Source of the DNA: an uncultured Bacilli bacterium
GTDB taxonomy: Bacteria > Bacillota_I > Bacilli_A > RF39 > UBA660
Reading direction: 5' to 3'
DNA: 64,000 nucleotides
Assembly: GCA_934085675.1 (NCBI GenBank)
Contig: CAKOHH010000001.1
Location: forward strand, 108,562-172,561
Made by a program: the position numbers and the translations under genes. Shown piece after piece: positions 58,631 through 64,000 of this stretch (position 1 is the first letter of the stretch; the number at the start of each line of letters is the position of its first letter). The notes beneath the pieces are model-generated. The model did no database searches. It was not told the DNA's origin and saw nothing but the letters and a program-made list of their open reading frames with translations.

Positions 58631-60646
58631 CTAATTGGTTACAATCTCATAAGGACTAGAAGATGTTCCTATTCCTCCACTTATTTTGGCATCTCCTTTG
58701 ATATTTATAACAGGACGAACACCACAGCCACCGTCCACCCAGCCATTGAAGTAAGGATAGCCTGCACTATTCAAACTGAACTCTCGTACCACTACATTAA
58801 AATAACTTGGAGATATAGTCCAATAGTTAGACGTACTATAAGTATAAGTTGACTTGTTAATATAACCATCTGCATAGCCTGAAAGCATTAATTCATCGAC
58901 TGTAATTAAGCCAATCGAATAAGTTAAGGCTTTATTTCCTTTAGTACTTGCCCTTAAGGTAAATAAATCATTTGTTTGAGAGCATTTTAAAGTTGGCTGT
59001 TTTGTTTGAAAATATCTTCTCCGAGGTCCATAGATGATGCTAGATTCTGTTGTAGAATAACCATTTCCAAAAGATAAACTTCTATCGTTACAGAAACCAG
59101 CATCAGCGATGACTGATTCGTTATTTGTGCCGAAAATATTGGTTTTATACCAATTATCTAATTCTTTTTTGATATTACTGTCGTTTTCATTGGCTGTTGT
59201 TTTTTCGTAACTTGTATTTAAAGTACTACCATACATGTATCCTACATAGGCTGGGTTATCTCTTTTACTATTAAAAGCAGCTGATTTTATATTTAAACCT
59301 GAACCACTTGCATTACCCGTTGTTCCCGCATATAAAAGTCTGACACTGCCATCACCATTCATACGCATAATACGCCAATAAGCACCTGCATATTTCACAT
59401 AATTGTTGCTTACCGAACCACGGTAGTAATAACTTATGCCATCATCATCTGCCATTTGATAAAGTCCTTTATCCGACTTGTCACTTTCTCTTTCTGTTTG
59501 ACTCATGCTGTATGCTTTTAAATTATATTTTCTGGTTTTGAAAGAAGTTCCACCTGAACCTGTGGCTGTTCCATCAGTATAGGTAGTACTGGTTATTTCA
59601 TAAATATTTGAACAGTCTGATGTAGTTTTATAAACACCAATAACATCATCTGAACTGATATTATAGCCTGAACTGCAGAAATAATACTTAGTATTCCCTC
59701 CATATGTTAAAGTGGTAGGATCTAATTGTTGCACATTTGTTATATCATATTTTCCTGTTTCAGGATTAAAAGTATAACTAGAACCGATAGGAAGTAAAAC
59801 TGATTCAGAAGTCAAGTTTTTAAACCTCGGATCTGTATCTTTTAAAGCTACTAAATCTGGATGAGGCATTATTACTGACTTACTACTTAAGTTAGAATCT
59901 TTGCTTTCGCTCCATATTAAAATTGGAGCTGTCTTACTAAAATCAACTGCTTGTTTGGCCGCTATTTTTTGCTTAGATATTTCGGGTGTTGTTTGATATT
60001 CGTTTGCTAGTATGGCATCTGCTAAGGTTGTATAGCCTTGTTCTGATGGGATGTAAGTACTTCTTTGGGCTCCTATGGTTACTTTTGATAAAAAGGTGGT
60101 ATTCATAGAGTCTGTATCATTTATGGTGACATCTTCATCCATCCATAGTCTAATGTTATAATCAGTACTGTCACCGGAACCAAGGGTTCCTTTAAAAAGA
60201 ACTTTGGAAGAAGAAGCATTATCTAAAGTTGTTTGGGTATCTTCTAAATCTTTTAATTTAGCGATGGCTTCATTATTTACCATTGCTTTAATATATTTAT
60301 AAGGCATCGTAGAATCATTTAAAATTTCTAGGTTAACTGTGTAACTTAAAAATAAATCACAAGTATTTGTTATCGTAAAACTATATGGTGTTAGTTTTTT
60401 TCCTTCGGCATCAGATATGGGATAAGCCTTGGTAAGATTAATATCATTTTTTTCATTAGTTAATGATAAATTCAAACAACTTGTTACAAGTTTTGAAGGA
60501 TTATGACTACTAAAAGTTAAAAGCCAATAAGCATAGGATACACCTATAACTGTCATCATTACTAATAGTATTACAATAATTAAAATAATCTTTTTCTTTT
60601 TGCTCATCTTCTTATACTCCCTTAAGACTAGTATGTAACATAACAT
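58631..60646 (-). CDS. Secreted variable surface/exoprotein, family A2, paralog 2
   Basis: About 75% identical to 56618-58597, with an identical C-terminal tail. The intergenic junction is duplicated. Confidence 0.7.
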   Translation of the reverse strand: MLCYILVLREYKKMSKKKKIILIIVILLVMMTVIGVSYAYWLLTFSSHNPSKLVTSCLNLSLTNEKNDINLTKAYPISDAEGKKLTPYSFTITNTCDLFLSYTVNLEILNDSTMPYKYIKAMVNNEAIAKLKDLEDTQTTLDNASSSKVLFKGTLGSGDSTDYNIRLWMDEDVTINDTDSMNTTFLSKVTIGAQRSTYIPSEQGYTTLADAILANEYQTTPEISKQKIAAKQAVDFSKTAPILIWSESKDSNLSSKSVIMPHPDLVALKDTDPRFKNLTSESVLLPIGSSYTFNPETGKYDITNVQQLDPTTLTYGGNTKYYFCSSGYNISSDDVIGVYKTTSDCSNIYEITSTTYTDGTATGSGGTSFKTRKYNLKAYSMSQTERESDKSDKGLYQMADDDGISYYYRGSVSNNYVKYAGAYWRIMRMNGDGSVRLLYAGTTGNASGSGLNIKSAAFNSKRDNPAYVGYMYGSTLNTSYEKTTANENDSNIKKELDNWYKTNIFGTNNESVIADAGFCNDRSLSFGNGYSTTESSIIYGPRRRYFQTKQPTLKCSQTNDLFTLRASTKGNKALTYSIGLITVDELMLSGYADGYINKSTYTYSTSNYWTISPSYFNVVVREFSLNSAGYPYFNGWVDGGCGVRPVINIKGDAKISGGIGTSSSPYEIVTN

Positions 60647-60781
60647 GTATTTTAAACTACCTTTATTATTACTTTATAAGTATAGCACTTTATCGCACAT
60701 TTTAGCAACTTGTTTTCAAATAAAAAAACGAGTAAGTCTCGCTTTTTTAGAATAAATATTTTATGTTGTATCTTTAAAAAA

Positions 60782-62768
60782 TTAGTTTGTTACAATCTCA
60801 AATGGACTAGAAGATGTTCCTATTCCGCCACTTATTTTAGCATCTCCTTTGATATTTATAACAGGACGAATACCATTGTCGTCGGTCACCAAGCGGTCGC
60901 TAGGATAGCCTGAGCTGCTCAAAGCGAACCCACTCGCCTCCGTATTCGAGCCACGGAACTTCCTCGGAGACAGAGTCCAATAAGACCTTGTACTGTATGT
61001 ATAAGCAGATTTATTAATATAACCATCAGCATATCCTGAAAGCATTAGTTCATCGACAGTAATTAGGCCAATCGGATAAGTTAAGGCTTTATTTCCTTTA
61101 GTACTTGTGCTTAAGGTAAATAAATCGTTTGTTTGAGCACACTTTAAAGTTGGTTGTTTAGTTTCATAATATCTATAATGTGACCCGTAGTATGTAGAAG
61201 AACCTGTTGTAGAATATCCATTTCCTGAAGACAAACTTCTATCATTACAGAAACCGGCATCAGCGATGACTGATTCATTGCTTGTTTCTAAAATATTGGT
61301 TTTATACCAATTGTCTAATTCTTTTTTGATATTGCTGTTGTTTTCATTGGCTGTTGTTTTTTCATAACTTGTATTCAAGGTACTACCATACATATAACCG
61401 TTGTAGGCTGGATTATCTTCTTTAACATTAAAGGTTTCCGATTTTATTCTTAATCCTGAACCACTGGCATTGGCTGTTGTTCCCGCATATAGAAGTCTGA
61501 CACTGCCATCACCATTGATACGAATAATTCGCCAGTAAGCACCAGCATATTTTACATAGTTGTTATTCACTGAACCACGATAGTAATAACTTATACCATC
61601 ATCATCTTCACTTTTGTATAGTCCTTTATCCGATTTGTCGCTTTCTCTTTCTGACTGAGTCATACGATAACCTTTTAAATTATATGTTCTGGTTTTGAAA
61701 GAAGTTCCGCCTGAACCAGTTGCTGTTCCATCTTCAAAACTGGCACTGGTGATTTCGTAAATACTTGAACATCCTGAGGTATCTCCCCATATAGATATAA
61801 CATCAGCAGAACTTGTATTATATCCCGCACTACAGAAATAATACTTCGTAGTCCCACCATATGTTAAAGTGGTTGGATCTACTTGTTGAACATTTGTGAT
61901 ATCATATTTTCCTGTTTCAGAATTAAAAGTATAACTAGAGCCAATTGGCAGTAAAGGTGATTCAGCATTTAACTTTTCAAATCTCGCATCTGTATCTTTT
62001 AAGGCAACTAAATCGGGATGAGGCATCGTTGCAGTTTTAGTACCTAGGTTAGTGTCTTTATATTCACTCCATGTTAAAATTGGAGCCGATTTACTAAAAT
62101 CTACGGTTTGTTTGGTGGCGATTTTTTGTTTAGATATTTCAGGAGTTGTTTGATATTCGTTGGCTAGTATGGCATCGGCAATGGTTGTATAGCCTTGTTC
62201 TACTGGACTATAATTACTTCTTTGGGCTCCTATGGTTACCTTAGATAAAAAGGTGGTATTCATAGAGTCTGTATCATTTACGGTGATATCTTCATCCATC
62301 CATAGTCTAATGTTGTAATCAGTACTGTCGCCTGAACCAAGAGTTCCTTTAAAAAGAACTTTGGAAGAAGAGGCATTATCTAAAGTTGTTGGGGTATCTT
62401 CTAAATCTTTTAATTTAGTAATGGCTTCATTATTTACCATAGACTTAATATATTTATAAGGCATCGTGGAATCATTTAAAATTTCTAGGTTAACTGTATA
62501 ACTTAAAAATAAATCACAAGTATTTGTTATTGTAAAACTATAGGGAGTTAACTTTTTTTCCTTCTTCATCAGATATAGGATAGGCTTTGGTAAGATTAAT
62601 ATCATTTTTTTCATTTGTTAATGATAAACTCAAACAACTTGTGACAAGTTTTGAGGGATTATGACTACTAAAAGTTAAAAGCCAATAAGCATAAGAAACA
62701 CCTATAGCCAACGACATCATTATTAATAGTATTATAATAATTAAAATAATCTTTGTCTTTTTGTGCAT
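60782..62768 (-). pseudogene. Family A2 paralog 3, frameshifted (ORFs 62538-62768 and 60782-62614)
   Basis: The reading frame is broken at an A7 run (plus-strand T run 62555-62561). The intact paralogs have A6 plus G at this position (gga aaa aag tta ac). The upstream region is homologous to 60647-60781. Confidence 0.65.
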
Positions 62769-62870
62769 CTTCTTTTACTCCCTTAAAACATATCATATAT
62801 TTTAAACTACCTTTATTATTACTTTACAAGTATAACACTTTTAGCCAAATTTTGACAACTTGTTTTCCAA

Positions 62871-62901
62871 TAAAAAAAAGTACAGTTTTATTCTTCTGTA
62901 C
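62871..62901 (-). terminator. Rho-independent terminator of rpoC (stop codon lies within the hairpin loop)
   Basis: GTACAG-tttt att ctt-CTGTAC, followed on the minus strand by T9. Confidence 0.6.
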
Positions 62902-64000
62902 TTTCTTTTTCATCTGTAGATGATACTTCATCATGAGCATCATCACTCATAAGATTTTCTTCTAAGACTTCACTTGCTTCATCATCCATGAATTGTTTTT
63001 GAAGAACAAGTTCAATGTCACTATATTCTTTAGCGCCTGTTCCAGCTGGAATAAGTTTACCAATAATAACATTTTCTTTTAAGCCTCTTAAATAATCTGT
63101 TGAGCCTTTAATAGCTGCTTCCGTTAAGACACGAGTTGTCTCTTGGAAAGATGCTGCTGATAAGAATGAATCAGTTTGTAAAGAACTCTTTGTGATACCA
63201 AGCATGATTGGTCTTCCTTTGGCAGGAACGCCACCTCTTAAGATAACTGGTTTATTCGCATCTGTAAATTCTTTTAAGGATACACTTAAACCTTCTACTA
63301 AATCAGTATCACCAGCATCTACAATTCTTACTTTATTAATCATACGTTTAACAATAATTTCAATATGTTTATCATTAACGTCAACACCTTGTAATTTGTA
63401 AACGCTTTGAATTTCTTTTAAGATATATTCTTGGGCTGTGATTGGGTTTGTAACAGCAAGTAATTCTTTAGGTGAAATAACACCTTCGGTTAATTTATCG
63501 CCTGCTTTAACCACATCACCTACATTAACACGAACTTTCATGTTGTAGTTTGTAACATGTTCACGAGCTTCAACATCATTTTCCACGATAATTTTATGTT
63601 TACCATTATCTTCTGTAATAGCAGTAACTTTACCGTTAATTTCAGAAATAGTTGCTTTACCTTTTGGATTACGTGCTTCAAACAATTCTTCAACACGAGG
63701 AAGACCTTGTGTGATATCGTCTCCAGCAACACCACCTGAGTGGAATGTACGCATGGTAAGTTGGGTACCTGGTTCACCAATAGATTGAGCAGCCATAATA
63801 CCAACAGCCTCACCTGTTTCAACAAGGTTACCTGTTGCAAGGTTAAGACCATAACATTTTTGACAAACACCATTTTGGGTTTTACATGTTAGAATGCTTC
63901 TGATTTCCACAGATTTGATACCAGCAGCGGTAATTTTCTTAACCATATTTTCTGTGATTAAAGCACCTTTTTCACAGATAACTTCTTTTGTTTCTGGATT
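62888..64000 (-). CDS. rpoC: DNA-directed RNA polymerase beta' subunit, C-terminal part (5' end lies beyond the window)
   Basis: The conserved beta' C-terminal region ([13 protein letters not shown], trigger loop, acidic tail). The ORF is open to the window edge. Confidence 0.9.
   Translation of the reverse strand, partial: NPETKEVICEKGALITENMVKKITAAGIKSVEIRSILTCKTQNGVCQKCYGLNLATGNLVETGEAVGIMAAQSIGEPGTQLTMRTFHSGGVAGDDITQGLPRVEELFEARNPKGKATISEINGKVTAITEDNGKHKIIVENDVEAREHVTNYNMKVRVNVGDVVKAGDKLTEGVISPKELLAVTNPITAQEYILKEIQSVYKLQGVDVNDKHIEIIVKRMINKVRIVDAGDTDLVEGLSVSLKEFTDANKPVILRGGVPAKGRPIMLGITKSSLQTDSFLSAASFQETTRVLTEAAIKGSTDYLRGLKENVIIGKLIPAGTGAKEYSDIELVLQKQFMDDEASEVLEENLMSDDAHDEVSSTDEKESTEE

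Noticed and set aside
60722-60747. AAAAAAACGAGTAAGTCTCGCTTTTTT as a strong bidirectional terminator between the A2 paralogs
   Set aside because: The stem is only 4-5 bp (CGAG/CTCG). It may attenuate but is too weak to call confidently.

Overview
AT-rich (~30% GC) low-GC Firmicutes chromosome segment, probably Erysipelotrichia-like. It carries spoIIP, polC plus dnaE, T-box and CIRCE elements, and a clpB that lacks the N-domain. Almost all genes are on the minus strand. Housekeeping backbone: tRNA-Lys and tRNA-Gln, rsgA-pknB-stp, relA-dtd, comGA-like ATPase, lepA, hemW, efp, rpmG, polC, dnaE, rplU-prp-rpmA, tdk, glyQS with a T-box leader, pbp2B-ftsL-rsmH, SPFH/NfeD, corA, clpB with a CIRCE operator, and the 3' end of rpoC. 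Embedded in this backbone is a striking accessory system: eight paralogous secreted-protein genes (about 12.5 kb, roughly 20% of the window) in three loci (19.1-25.7 kb, 39.0-40.6 kb, 55.0-62.8 kb). The paralogs are mosaic: a Sec signal peptide with an S-Y-A cleavage site, shuffled N-terminal and core modules (YYYRGSV-NNYVKF-G-YWRIIRI core), and a conserved ~25-aa C-terminal tail (RPVINLK...G-GT...PY-IV). Three of these genes have a 10-11 nt poly-G (poly-C on the + strand) tract sitting in the spacer of a TTGACA / TGnTATAAT promoter. That is the classic slipped-strand phase-variation switch, and it is very unusual in a 30% GC genome. Two of the genes form ~2.4-kb direct-repeat cassettes, each paired with a PD-(D/E)XK Rpn/YhgA-like recombination-promoting nuclease gene. 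A third cassette has decayed to a fragment through deletions flanked by microhomology. One paralog in the distal tandem array is frameshifted at an A7 run. Other unexplained structure is also present. There is a 40-bp GC-core palindrome in 3 copies around a DUF4143 AAA ATPase gene. There are 3x ~22-bp tandem repeats upstream of a second DUF4143 ATPase. There are 3x ATCACAcTTTTGCA repeats at exactly 32-bp spacing. There are paired GGAAAAATATTTCC palindromes upstream of one paralog. Finally, TTGACA-N5-TTGACA / TTGCAA-N4-TTGCAA direct repeats with A8/T8/A8 homopolymers lie in the nuclease gene's upstream region.
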